Shown: positions 42,980-51,683 of the stretch, in pieces | Numbering within the stretch: position 1 is the stretch's first letter | Layout of the letters: the number at the start of each line of letters is the position of its first letter | Assembly: GCA_045576095.1 (NCBI GenBank) | Contig: JAZNFP010000005.1 | Coordinates: 1 to 51,683, forward strand | Source of the DNA: Eubacteriales bacterium | GTDB taxonomy: Bacteria; Bacillota; Clostridia; Oscillospirales; CAG-272 | Direction: 5' to 3' | Length of the DNA: 51,683 nt | Notes under the pieces: model-generated | What the model was told of the DNA's origin: nothing | Databases searched by the model: none | Seen by the model: only the letters and a program-made list of their open reading frames with translations | Position numbers and translations under genes: made by a program

Positions 42980-43174
42980 ATGGGAAAGATCAAGACACAT
43001 AAAGCGTCCGCAAAGAGATTCAGCGTGACCGGCGGCGGCAAGGTGAAGATGAACCACTGCCACCACAGACACAACCTCGGTCTCAAGACCGCTAAGCGCA
43101 AGAGAAATCTGCGTAAGGGTGCAATTCTCAGCCCCTCGATGTCTGCATCGATCAGAACGCTTATCCAGAAGTAA
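42980..43174 (+). CDS. rpmI: 50S ribosomal protein L35
   Basis: MGKIKTHKASAKRF... Confidence 0.95.
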   Translation: MGKIKTHKASAKRFSVTGGGKVKMNHCHHRHNLGLKTAKRKRNLRKGAILSPSMSASIRTLIQK

Positions 43175-43213
43175 GCGGATTCACTACTTGAAAAATTTGG
43201 AGGACGATAGAAC

Positions 43214-43567
43214 ATGGCAAGAATTAAAGGCGCAATGATGACGCGCAAGAGAAGAAAGAGCGTTCTGAAGGCCGCGAAGGGTTACTGGGGTGCAAAGAGC
43301 AAGCACTTCCGCATGGCGAAGGAAGCCGTCATGAAGAGCGGCAACTATGCTTACGTCGGTCGCAAGTCGAAAAAGAGAGACTTCCGTCGTCTCTGGATCG
43401 CTCGTATCTCGGCGCAGGCTAAGGTTTGCGGTATGAATTATTCTACGCTCATGCACGGTTTGAAGAAGGCCGGCATTGATCTGAACAGAAAAATGCTCTC
43501 CGAGATCGCTGTCAGCGACAAGGACGCATTTGCGGCAATTGCAGAGAAGGCAAAGGCAGCTCTCTGA
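43214..43567 (+). CDS. rplT: 50S ribosomal protein L20
   Basis: [26 protein letters not shown]... Confidence 0.97.
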   Translation: MARIKGAMMTRKRRKSVLKAAKGYWGAKSKHFRMAKEAVMKSGNYAYVGRKSKKRDFRRLWIARISAQAKVCGMNYSTLMHGLKKAGIDLNRKMLSEIAVSDKDAFAAIAEKAKAAL

Positions 43568-43578
43568 TCCGGAAATCA

Positions 43579-43612
43579 CCCCGTTTCGCGTATTGCGAAA
43601 CGGGGCGTTTCT
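43579..43612 (+). terminator. Hairpin after rplT (weak U-tract)
   Basis: ccccgtttcgc-gtatt-gcgaaacgggg followed by cgtttct. Confidence 0.55.
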
Positions 43613-43703
43613 GCATATTTTCGACTGTTTGAAGTGGGTGCTTTCAGAATTTTCAGCGCTCCTTTCGACAGTTTTCTTTCATTTTAGCGGATCAGGAGGA
43701 AGT

Positions 43704-44534
43704 ATGGGTCCAACGTTCATAACGTCAAGAAGCAATTCCGAGGTGATGCTCGCCGCTTCGCTTTTGCAGAAGAAATACAGAGAGCAGCATGGTCTGTTTG
43801 TCGCCGAGGGTGTGAAGCTTTTTTCGGAGATCGTTGCATCGGGTGCAAGCATTGCGAGAGTTTACGTTTCCGAAAAGCAAAAGGAAGCGATGCTCCCGAT
43901 CGTGTCCTCGGCGCTTGGCGATTCGTACTGTAAAAATACACCTGTTTTCGTGCTGTCCGAGAGCGCTTTCGAGAAAATTTCCTCAGAAATTTCGCCCCAA
44001 GGCATCATTACCGTCGTAAAGTCTCTTGACATTTTTAAAAAAAGTATTAAAATAGATAAGAAGGATTTGGAGACATCCAAAAATCGGCGGGTGCTGGCGC
44101 TTTGCTCGGTTCGGGATCCCGGGAACCTCGGTGCCGTTTTGCGCTCTGCGGTTGCTTTTGGATACGATCGCGTTATTCTTAGCGACGACTGTGCGGAGTT
44201 GACCTCTCCCAAAACCGTTCGATCGGCAATGGGCGCGCTTTTTAAAATTTCGCTCTCGGTGGTTTCGGATTTTCCTTCACTTTTTGCGGCGGCGAAAGAG
44301 GCCAAGCGGCGCGTGCTCTGTGCCGAGCTGACCGAGCGCGCCGTCTCACTGCACGAGCTCGTACCGCGTGCAAGTGACATTGTTATCATTGGAAACGAGG
44401 GACACGGAATTCCGAGCGAGATTTCCGATCTTGCCGATTTGAGTGTCTATATTCCGATTTCTCCCAATACAGAATCTCTGAATGCGGCGGTTGCGGCTTC
44501 GATCTTTCTTTGGGAGCTTGGAGGAAGGGAATAA
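43704..44534 (+). CDS. TrmH/SpoU-family RNA 2'-O-methyltransferase (YsgA-like)
   Basis: SpoU motifs (NLGAVLRSA, GNEGHGI, SLNAAVAASI). ATG at 43704 with AGGAGGA upstream. The track ORF from 43530 is an over-extension. Confidence 0.85.
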   Translation: MGPTFITSRSNSEVMLAASLLQKKYREQHGLFVAEGVKLFSEIVASGASIARVYVSEKQKEAMLPIVSSALGDSYCKNTPVFVLSESAFEKISSEISPQGIITVVKSLDIFKKSIKIDKKDLETSKNRRVLALCSVRDPGNLGAVLRSAVAFGYDRVILSDDCAELTSPKTVRSAMGALFKISLSVVSDFPSLFAAAKEAKRRVLCAELTERAVSLHELVPRASDIVIIGNEGHGIPSEISDLADLSVYIPISPNTESLNAAVAASIFLWELGGRE

Positions 44535-44553
44535 GCTTTTGACTTTTTTCAGT

Positions 44554-45801
44554 ATGTCGGACTATTTGAAGCAGGTTTGGGTCGGAACGCGGCTTTCGCC
44601 GGGAACCGACGCGCTCGGTCGCTTGGTTGCCGCCTTTGGCGATGCGAACGGAATTTATTGTGCGGATGCCTATCAGATTGCATCGGTACTCGGGAACCGT
44701 CGGGCGGAAGCACGGTATTTGACCGATAAGGATTTGAAGGATGCCGAGAGGCTGCTTGAATATTGCGCCTCAATGAATATCCGTCTGTTGACGTATTGGG
44801 ACGACGGCTATCCTGCTTGTCTTCGCAAGATTTCAGATCCGCCGCCGTGGCTCTTCGTGAAGGGAGTGCTTCCGGATTTTCTTCACGAGCCGACCGTTGC
44901 CGTCGTAGGCACCCGCGAACCGTCGGAATACGGGAAGCGTATGACGTACGAGATCGCGTACGATCTCGCTTGCGCCGGGGTAACGACGGTTAGCGGACTT
45001 GCTTTGGGGATTGACGGAATTGCCGCTGCCGCAACGCTCGCGGCCGGCGGTAAAACGGTTGCGGTTTTCGGCTCCGGTATTGACGTTATCTATCCATCGG
45101 TTCATACCTATCTCATGCGAGAGATTGTGAAGAGCGGCTGCGTGATTTCCGAGTTTGCACCGGGAATACGGCCCGAGCGTTGGAACTTCCCCCGACGCAA
45201 CCGCGTCATATCGGCTTTGTCGGATGCCGTTCTTGTTACCTGCGGATCGCTCCGCAGCGGTGCTTTGCTTACCGCACGTCACGCAACCGAACAGCAACGG
45301 CCGATATATGCGCTGCCCGGTCCCGTTGATACTGACGACGGCGTGGGTCCGATGAAGCTTCTTCGTGACGGCGCAAGGGCTCTGTCCTGTGCCGACGATC
45401 TTCTCGCGGTGCTCGAGGAGCGCTATCCTCGTGCGATCGACGTCTTTCGTCTGAAGGAAAAGCCTGACGTTTCCATTGAACAGGCAGTGCTTCGTTACCG
45501 CGTGTTCTGCAAGGGCGAGGAGCGAAAGGGGCGCAAGGAGCTCCGAGACCTTTTGCCGCATAAGAAGCAGAGGGAGAAAAAGCCCGATTCCGAAGAGTTA
45601 AAACGAGTCTCCGAGCAGTCCGTGTCTCTTGGAAGCGAGGAGCAGGCAGTCCTTCATGCGCTTTTGCCCGGCGATTTTACGGTCGACGAGCTCATGATTC
45701 CATCCATGTCGGTCGGCGAGATATGTGCTGCGCTGACGATGCTTGAAATTTACGGATTCGTTCGTTCATTACCCGGCGGTCGCTACCGTCGGCTCAGATA
45801 A
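44554..45801 (+). CDS. dprA: DNA-processing protein DprA (Smf)
   Basis: Rossmann-like core GLALGIDGIAAAATLAAGGKTVAVFGSGIDVIYP and a C-terminal winged helix. Alternative TTG start at 44539 with GGAGGAAGGG upstream. Confidence 0.88.
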   Translation: MSDYLKQVWVGTRLSPGTDALGRLVAAFGDANGIYCADAYQIASVLGNRRAEARYLTDKDLKDAERLLEYCASMNIRLLTYWDDGYPACLRKISDPPPWLFVKGVLPDFLHEPTVAVVGTREPSEYGKRMTYEIAYDLACAGVTTVSGLALGIDGIAAAATLAAGGKTVAVFGSGIDVIYPSVHTYLMREIVKSGCVISEFAPGIRPERWNFPRRNRVISALSDAVLVTCGSLRSGALLTARHATEQQRPIYALPGPVDTDDGVGPMKLLRDGARALSCADDLLAVLEERYPRAIDVFRLKEKPDVSIEQAVLRYRVFCKGEERKGRKELRDLLPHKKQREKKPDSEELKRVSEQSVSLGSEEQAVLHALLPGDFTVDELMIPSMSVGEICAALTMLEIYGFVRSLPGGRYRRLR

Positions 45802-45824
45802 ATTCCGAAAGAAGGAACCACTCT

Positions 45825-48110
45825 ATGGCAAATCTTGTTATTGTAGAGTCGCCGGCAAAGGCGCTCACCATCAAAGGCTATCTCGGCTCAAATTATAAGG
45901 TTGTTGCCTCGGTCGGTCATATTCGCGACCTTCCGAAGAGCACTCTCGGTATTGATATCGAAAACGGCTTTGAGCCGCATTATATCAATATTCGCGGCAA
46001 GGGCGACGTTATTAAGCAGCTCAAAAAGGAAGCCAAATCAGCCGGGAAAATCTTTCTCGCAACCGACCCCGACCGCGAAGGGGAAGCCATCTCCTGGCAT
46101 CTGGCTCTGACGCTCGGCATTCCGCTGGATAAAATGTGTCGCGCAACCTTCAACGAGCTCACGAAGTCGGCGGTGAAGGAAGCGATCAAATCTCCGCGTA
46201 TGATTGATGAAAATCTCGTCAATTCCCAGCAGGCCAGACGAATTCTCGATCGCATTGTCGGATATAAGCTCAGTCCGTTCCTTTGGAAAAACGTAAAGAG
46301 CGGACTTTCGGCTGGTCGCGTACAGTCCGTGGCGACTCGACTGATCGTTGATCGCGAGCGCGAAATCCGCGCCTTCGTTCCCCGTGAATACTGGACGATC
46401 GAGCCCGAGCTTTCGACCGTCGGAGGTCAGAGCATCCGTGCAAAATTCTACGGCGATCGCAGCGGCAGGCTCCAGCTCGCCTGTGAAGCCGACGCAATGC
46501 GCGTCGTTTCCGCGATCGAGGGGAAGCCTTTTTCCGTTGCTTCGGTCAGGCGTGCACAGAAAACCAAGATTCCTCCCGCGCCCTTTATGACCTCTACGTT
46601 GCTCCAGGAGGCTACGCGCAAGCTCGGATTCCAATCGCAGCGCGTGATGAAGGTTGCACAGGAGCTTTATGAGGGAATCGACCTCGGAAATGAATTCGGC
46701 GGTGTGCAGGGTCTGATTACCTATATGCGTACCGATTCGCTCCGCGTTTCAAGCACCTCGCAGGAGGCGGCGCTTGCCCTCATTGGCGAGCTCTATGGAG
46801 AAAGGTACGTCCCCGAGACGCCCCGCGTTTATAAATCGAAGGCCGATGCCCAGGATGCACACGAGGCTATTCGCCCCGCAAACGTTTCGATTCTGCCAAA
46901 GCAGATCCGCAAGCTTCTCACATCCGATCAGTATCGCCTTTACAAGCTGATCTGGGAGAGATTTATGGCAAGCCAGATGGAGGCGGCCGTTCTCAGCACC
47001 GTCAGCATTGAAACGGAATGTGAGGGCTATCTTTTCCGTACGAGCGGCTATACCGTCCGCTTTAACGGGTATCTTGCGCTTTACGACACCGAGGAGGAGA
47101 GCGCCGTTGAGGATGAAAACGGCGAAGGAATTGCGCTTGCATCTTTGCCCGAGCTTCGGGAAGCGGAAATCCTGTCTACCGTTACCCTGAACGCGCAGAA
47201 GCATTTTACCGAGGCGCCGGCACGCTACAACGACGGTTCGCTTATCAACGTATTCAAGGAAAGCGGCATTGGTCGGCCAAGCACCTACGCCACCATTATC
47301 AGCACCATCATTTCGAGAAGCTATGTGAAGCGCGACGGGAAGAATCTCGTACCGACGCCTCTCGGTGAGATCACAACCGACCTCATGATGGAGCATTTTC
47401 CCGAAATTGTTGACTATGAATTTACCTCTCAGATGGAGGATAAGCTTGACGGCATCGAGCAAGGCGGATCAAGCATCGCTGACGTGCTCGGTGATTTCTA
47501 TCAGCGCTTTGCCTGTGAGCTCGAGAAGGCAGAGAAGAGTGTCACGAAGACCGAGGTTCAGCTTCCTGACGAGGAATCGGATGTTGTGTGCGACAAATGC
47601 GGGAGCCGAATGATTTATAAAAACGGTCGCTTTGGCAGATTTCTCGCTTGTCCGAGCTATCCGACCTGTCGTAACACGAAGGCGCTCGGTAAGGACGGCA
47701 AGCCCCTTGAGCCGAAGATCGAGCCTGCAGCAATTGCTGACTTTGTCTGCGAGCTTTGTGGGGGAACCGTCGTAGAGAGACAGGGAAGATACGGCACCTT
47801 CTACGCTTGCTCGAATTATCCCACCTGCCGCTTTACCAAGCAGAAAACGACCGAAATCGGCATCGCTTGTCCCGACTGCGGCGCGCGCGTAATCATAAAG
47901 CACGGACGCGGAGGCCGCGTCTTCTACAGCTGCGAAAGATACCCCGAGTGCCAGTTTTCCTCGTGGGATCTGCCGCTTGAGGAAAAATGTCCCGATTGCG
48001 GAGAGATGCTTTTTTACAGAAAGAGCCGTAAGCTCGTATTCTGCCGTAACAAAAAGGGCGGATGCGACTACAAGAGAGAGGAAGAGCTCTCCGTGAAGGA
48101 AAATGTGTAA
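45825..48110 (+). CDS. topA: DNA topoisomerase I with four C-terminal Cys4 zinc ribbons
   Basis: Toprim MANLVIVESPAKA, an active-site region, and four CxxC...CxxC modules. Confidence 0.96.
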   Translation: MANLVIVESPAKALTIKGYLGSNYKVVASVGHIRDLPKSTLGIDIENGFEPHYINIRGKGDVIKQLKKEAKSAGKIFLATDPDREGEAISWHLALTLGIPLDKMCRATFNELTKSAVKEAIKSPRMIDENLVNSQQARRILDRIVGYKLSPFLWKNVKSGLSAGRVQSVATRLIVDREREIRAFVPREYWTIEPELSTVGGQSIRAKFYGDRSGRLQLACEADAMRVVSAIEGKPFSVASVRRAQKTKIPPAPFMTSTLLQEATRKLGFQSQRVMKVAQELYEGIDLGNEFGGVQGLITYMRTDSLRVSSTSQEAALALIGELYGERYVPETPRVYKSKADAQDAHEAIRPANVSILPKQIRKLLTSDQYRLYKLIWERFMASQMEAAVLSTVSIETECEGYLFRTSGYTVRFNGYLALYDTEEESAVEDENGEGIALASLPELREAEILSTVTLNAQKHFTEAPARYNDGSLINVFKESGIGRPSTYATIISTIISRSYVKRDGKNLVPTPLGEITTDLMMEHFPEIVDYEFTSQMEDKLDGIEQGGSSIADVLGDFYQRFACELEKAEKSVTKTEVQLPDEESDVVCDKCGSRMIYKNGRFGRFLACPSYPTCRNTKALGKDGKPLEPKIEPAAIADFVCELCGGTVVERQGRYGTFYACSNYPTCRFTKQKTTEIGIACPDCGARVIIKHGRGGRVFYSCERYPECQFSSWDLPLEEKCPDCGEMLFYRKSRKLVFCRNKKGGCDYKREEELSVKENV

Positions 48111-49470
48111 GGTTCGTGTGATCGGTGCCGGATTGGCTGGCAGCGAGGCAGCCTGGCAGATTGCAAGACTCGGTGTCGAGGTTGAGCTTTTTGAAATGAA
48201 GCCGAATCGCTACAGTCCGGCACATCACAGCGAGGGCTTTGCGGAGCTCGTATGCTCGAATTCCCTGCGTTCTGCCGACACGTCAAACGCCGTTGGTCTT
48301 TTGAAGGAGGAGCTGAGGCTGCTTGGCTCGCTGGTTATGGATGCGGCACTGGACAGCTCCGTGCCTGCGGGAAGCGCCTTGGCGGTAGATCGAAATCGCT
48401 TTTCTGCCTATATTACCGAGCGCCTCTCGGCGCATCCGCTCATTACCGTTCGCCGTGAAGAGGTTACCTCGCTCTCCGATGAATGCATAACAGTCGTTGC
48501 AAGCGGCCCTCTCACCGACGGTAAATTAGCACGGGAGATCTCCGAGATTACCGGAGGAAACTCGCTCAGCTTTTACGATGCTGCGGCTCCGATCGTCGAT
48601 TTTTCAAGCGTTGATACCTCGATTGCATATTTCGCAACGCGCTACGGAAAAGGGAATCCCGACGATTATCTCAACTGCCCGATGACTCGTTTCGAGTACG
48701 ACGCCTTCTACGAGGCTCTCATCTCTGCAAAGGAAGCGCCTTTAAAGGAGTTTGATTCCGAAATGCAGGGAAAGGAGCTGACGGTATTTGAGGGATGTAT
48801 GCCCATCGAGGTTATGGCGCGCCGCGGATACGACACACTCCGCTATGGACCGATGAAGCCGGTTGGACTCCCGCACCCCGAAACGGGACGGGAGGCATAC
48901 GCCGTCGTTCAGCTTCGCCGCGAGAATCGCGAGGGAACGATGTATAATCTCGTGGGCTTTCAGACCCATCTGACGTTCGGTGAACAAAAGCGTGTATTCG
49001 GCATGATCCCCGGCCTTGCCAATGCTGAATTTTTACGCTATGGCGTGATGCATCGGAACACCTATCTTCGTTCACCCGGGCTCCTCGCTCCCGACTATAG
49101 CATGAATACAAGACCGTCTCTGTTTTTTGCCGGACAGATGACGGGAGTTGAGGGATACGTTGAGTCCGCCGCCTCAGGGTTTGTCGCCGGGGTTAACGCC
49201 GCTATGCGTGCGCTCGGGCGCCGTGCAATCTATTTCCCGCGTGAAACCGTGATCGGATCGCTTGCCGATTACGTTTCTCATTCTACGTCTCCGTCGTTTC
49301 AGCCTATGAATGCCAACTTCGGTATCATCGCCCCATTGACGAATAAAGTTAAGGGTGGAAAAAAAGCAAGAAACGCCGAGTACGCAAATCGATCGATTCA
49401 AATGGTTCTCGGTCTTGCAGATTCTGTTTTCAAATCTCAAGAAGGAGATCCGAGTGAAAATTCTGATTGA
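48103..49470 (+). CDS. trmFO: Methylenetetrahydrofolate--tRNA-(uracil54-C5)-methyltransferase TrmFO
   Basis: FAD motif VIGAGLAGSEAAWQIA and the dprA-topA-trmFO order as in B. subtilis. 8-nt overlap with topA. Confidence 0.92.
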   Translation: MCKVRVIGAGLAGSEAAWQIARLGVEVELFEMKPNRYSPAHHSEGFAELVCSNSLRSADTSNAVGLLKEELRLLGSLVMDAALDSSVPAGSALAVDRNRFSAYITERLSAHPLITVRREEVTSLSDECITVVASGPLTDGKLAREISEITGGNSLSFYDAAAPIVDFSSVDTSIAYFATRYGKGNPDDYLNCPMTRFEYDAFYEALISAKEAPLKEFDSEMQGKELTVFEGCMPIEVMARRGYDTLRYGPMKPVGLPHPETGREAYAVVQLRRENREGTMYNLVGFQTHLTFGEQKRVFGMIPGLANAEFLRYGVMHRNTYLRSPGLLAPDYSMNTRPSLFFAGQMTGVEGYVESAASGFVAGVNAAMRALGRRAIYFPRETVIGSLADYVSHSTSPSFQPMNANFGIIAPLTNKVKGGKKARNAEYANRSIQMVLGLADSVFKSQEGDPSENSD

Positions 49471-50437
49471 TATCATGGGGGCGGACAGAGCTCCGATCGA
49501 GCTTCTTTCGGGAGCCCTTCGGGCGGCCTCTGCTCTTCAAACCCCTGATACGAGGATTGAGATTGTTTGCAACGAGCCGATGATTCGCAAAGAGGCTCGC
49601 GAGAGCGGTCTTGATCTTTCCGGTATTTCGATCCGCCATGCTCCCGACGTCATTTCGATGAGCGATCCTCCGCTCGCCGTCGTCGGTGAGAAAAAGCAAT
49701 CGTCGATGGCGGTGGGCTTACGCGCGCTTGCGGGCGGAGAGGCTGATGCCTTCGTCAGCTCCGGAAACACAGGAGCACTGATTACGGGCGGTACGCTGAT
49801 CGTTCGCCGAATCAAGGGCATAAAGAGAGCCGCCATCGGTGCCATTCTTCCGCTTGCAAATCCTGTTCTGCTTCTCGATGCAGGTGCTAATCTCGAGTTG
49901 ACTCCCGAGCAGATGCGTCAGCTTGCTTATCTCGGCTCGCACTATATGTCGAGCCTTTACGGCATTGAACTTCCTCGCATCGGACAGATCAATAACGGTG
50001 CGGAGCCAACGAAGGGTCGAGCCCTGCAAATTGAGACATATCGCTTGCTTTCCGAGAGTGAAGAGCTTTGCTTTGTCGGCAATATTGAACCGAAGGATCT
50101 TCCGTTTGGAGCATGCGACGTTCTTTTGGCAGACGGGTTTACCGGAAATATTCTCTTAAAATATTCAGAAGGAATCGGACGGTTTTTAACCGATTCGATA
50201 AAGGGTGCTCTTTTAAGCGTTCTGTCTGACGCCGGCTGTCGTCGGCTATTGCCTCTTTTGAAGCGCTTTGATGCCGCAGAGCACGGCGGAGCGCCGATCC
50301 TCGGACTCAAAAAGCCGATAATTAAGGCGCACGGAAGTTCGGACGGCCATGCAATTTTCAACGCCGTTCGACAGGCGGTGCGTTTCGTTGAAACCCTGCG
50401 TTTCAGTGCAACGGCACACGACTTAACAAGTGATTAG
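49454..50437 (+). CDS. plsX: Phosphate acyltransferase PlsX
   Basis: GTG start (AAGGAGA 5 nt upstream) giving VKILIDIMGADRAP, the typical PlsX N-terminus. Overlaps the trmFO end by 17 nt. The track ORF from 49355 is an over-extension. Confidence 0.9.
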   Translation: MKILIDIMGADRAPIELLSGALRAASALQTPDTRIEIVCNEPMIRKEARESGLDLSGISIRHAPDVISMSDPPLAVVGEKKQSSMAVGLRALAGGEADAFVSSGNTGALITGGTLIVRRIKGIKRAAIGAILPLANPVLLLDAGANLELTPEQMRQLAYLGSHYMSSLYGIELPRIGQINNGAEPTKGRALQIETYRLLSESEELCFVGNIEPKDLPFGACDVLLADGFTGNILLKYSEGIGRFLTDSIKGALLSVLSDAGCRRLLPLLKRFDAAEHGGAPILGLKKPIIKAHGSSDGHAIFNAVRQAVRFVETLRFSATAHDLTSD

Positions 50438-50457
50438 CTAAAGGAAAGGAGAACGTG

Positions 50458-51153
50458 ATGGGAATCGGACTTGATCCGCTCGAGCTTCAGGAAAAGCTGG
50501 GATATGTTTTTTCAGATCCTCGTCTCCTCTTGGAGGCCGTTACCCATTCCTCATATGCAAACGAGCATAAGCCGACCCCATCAAACGAGCGGCTGGAGTT
50601 CCTCGGTGATGCCGTCCTTGAGGTCACGGTGAGTCGATACTTGTATCACGCCTATCCCAGATCTCCCGAGGGAGACCTGACCAAGCTAAGGCAGCAGCTC
50701 GTGTGCGAGGATACTCTTGCTGAGCTTGCAAAGTCGCTTTCGCTCGGCTCCTACCTTGCTGTGGGAAAGGGCGAGGAGCCGGTGGGAGCCCGTGAACGAG
50801 CTTCTATTCTTGCCGATGCGCTTGAGGCACTGATTGCGGCGGTCGATCTTGACAGCTCGGGCAGTGCGACTGAGGGGCTCATTCATCGGATTTTCGGGAA
50901 CAGGCTTCGATTTCTAACGCAAAGCTCCTCCGTTGACTATAAAACTCGGCTTCAACAGCTCGTTCAGCAGGACGGAAACGAGGAGCTTCGGTACGAAATC
51001 GTTTCGGCAACGGGGCCGGAGCATGATAAGCTGTTTCAGGTACAGGCATATATCAATTCCAACGCCGTCGGATGCGGCAGCGGCAAAAGCAGGCGAGACG
51101 CCGAGCAATCCGCCGCAAGAGAAGCGCTTTTGCTTTTCGGCGTTCGACTGTAG
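50458..51153 (+). CDS. rnc: Ribonuclease III
   Basis: ERLEFLGDAVL signature and a C-terminal dsRBD. Confidence 0.95.
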   Translation: MGIGLDPLELQEKLGYVFSDPRLLLEAVTHSSYANEHKPTPSNERLEFLGDAVLEVTVSRYLYHAYPRSPEGDLTKLRQQLVCEDTLAELAKSLSLGSYLAVGKGEEPVGARERASILADALEALIAAVDLDSSGSATEGLIHRIFGNRLRFLTQSSSVDYKTRLQQLVQQDGNEELRYEIVSATGPEHDKLFQVQAYINSNAVGCGSGKSRRDAEQSAAREALLLFGVRL

Positions 51154-51194
51154 GTGGGAGTAAGAATCAAAATCTCTGAAGAAAGGAGACGTCA

Positions 51195-51683
51195 ATGTAC
51201 TTAAAGTGTCTTGAGCTGCACGGCTTCAAATCCTTCCCGAACCGTACCGTGCTCACGTTTGAGCGCGGAACGACAGTCATCGTCGGACCTAACGGAAGCG
51301 GAAAATCTAATATTTCAGATGCAATGCGTTGGGTTCTTGGAGAGCTTTCGAGCCGTAACATACGAGGAACCAAGATGGAGGACGTAATATTCGGCGGAAC
51401 AGACGAGCGACGTCCTATGGGATTTGCAGAGGTTTCGGTAACGTTTGATAATACGGATCGGGAGAACCGCTTGGATTCCGAATATGATGAGGTTGTCGTA
51501 ACCAGACGTTATTTCCGCACGGGTGAGAGTGAGTATCTTATCAATCGTCAGCCTAAGCGTTTACGTGATATATACGAGCTTTTTATGAATACCGGTGTTG
51601 GACGTGAGGGGTATTCGATAATAGGTCAGGGTAAAATAGCCGAAATTATTTCAAAAAAGAGCGATGAACGCCGCAGTATTTTT
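51195..51683 (+). CDS. smc: Chromosome segregation protein SMC, 5' partial (runs off the window; absent from the ORF track)
   Basis: My translation: MYLKCLELHGFKSFPNRTVLTFERGTTVIVGPNGSGKSNISDAMRWVLGE... GAAAGGAG RBS. The frame stays open to the last base. Confidence 0.93.
   Translation, partial: MYLKCLELHGFKSFPNRTVLTFERGTTVIVGPNGSGKSNISDAMRWVLGELSSRNIRGTKMEDVIFGGTDERRPMGFAEVSVTFDNTDRENRLDSEYDEVVVTRRYFRTGESEYLINRQPKRLRDIYELFMNTGVGREGYSIIGQGKIAEIISKKSDERRSIF

Noticed and set aside
1-51683. CRISPR arrays, rRNA operons, prophage or integrative-element genes.
   Set aside because: I found no regularly spaced direct repeats, no rRNA-like sequence, and no integrase, transposase, recombinase or phage structural genes in any frame. 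The only RNA genes are the SRP RNA and two tRNAs.

Overview
Chromosomal segment of a GC-rich, endospore-forming Firmicute with Clostridia-type gene content (spo0A, yqfC/yqfD, ylbJ-like, ytfI/ytfJ, dacB-type PBP, ricT/yaaT, GTP-type PEPCK). Almost all of it is tightly packed housekeeping DNA. It is built from blocks whose internal gene order matches well-known Bacillus subtilis operons: holB-ricT-(ferredoxin)-trmN6-rsmI (minus strand) facing metG-tatD; SRP RNA-dnaX-ebfC-recR; nfeD-SPFH; tRNA-Arg/tRNA-His; spo0A; pck; yqfC-yqfD-phoH-ybeY-era-recO-mutS2; scpA-scpB-ytfI-ytfJ-dacB-rluB (minus); lon-engB-M50 protease (minus); infC-rpmI-rplT-trmH; dprA-topA-trmFO-plsX-rnc-smc (smc runs off the 3' end). 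Relative to B. subtilis, yabA, dgkA/cdd and acpP/fab are absent from their usual slots. The only clearly accessory DNA is the visibly AT-rich first ~2.3 kb, which holds a class I SAM methyltransferase, a DUF559 endonuclease-fold gene and a two-TM membrane protein. This island continues beyond the window start. Main observations: (1) the DUF559 gene lies inside ~50-bp imperfect inverted repeats that supply its Shine-Dalgarno, its last codons and its terminator, giving a possible selfish mini-cassette or mRNA panhandle; (2) a ~165-bp MITE-like repeat with 20-bp terminal inverted repeats and a bidirectional terminator hairpin occurs twice in opposite orientation (22.8 kb and 32.9 kb), each time between convergent genes; (3) an OmpR-like gene with a degenerate receiver (phospho-acceptor Asp apparently replaced) sits directly upstream of a solitary nadA; (4) a 57-aa 2x[4Fe-4S] ferredoxin gene, below the ORF-track cutoff, lies between ricT and trmN6; (5) several small or unknown ORFs ride in core operons. 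I found no CRISPR array, transposase, integrase, prophage genes or recognisable multi-gene defence system. The candidates above are the most novel things I can support. Many long ORFs in the track are antisense or frame artefacts of the high GC content, or N-terminal over-extensions, and several start codons were re-assigned from RBS context.
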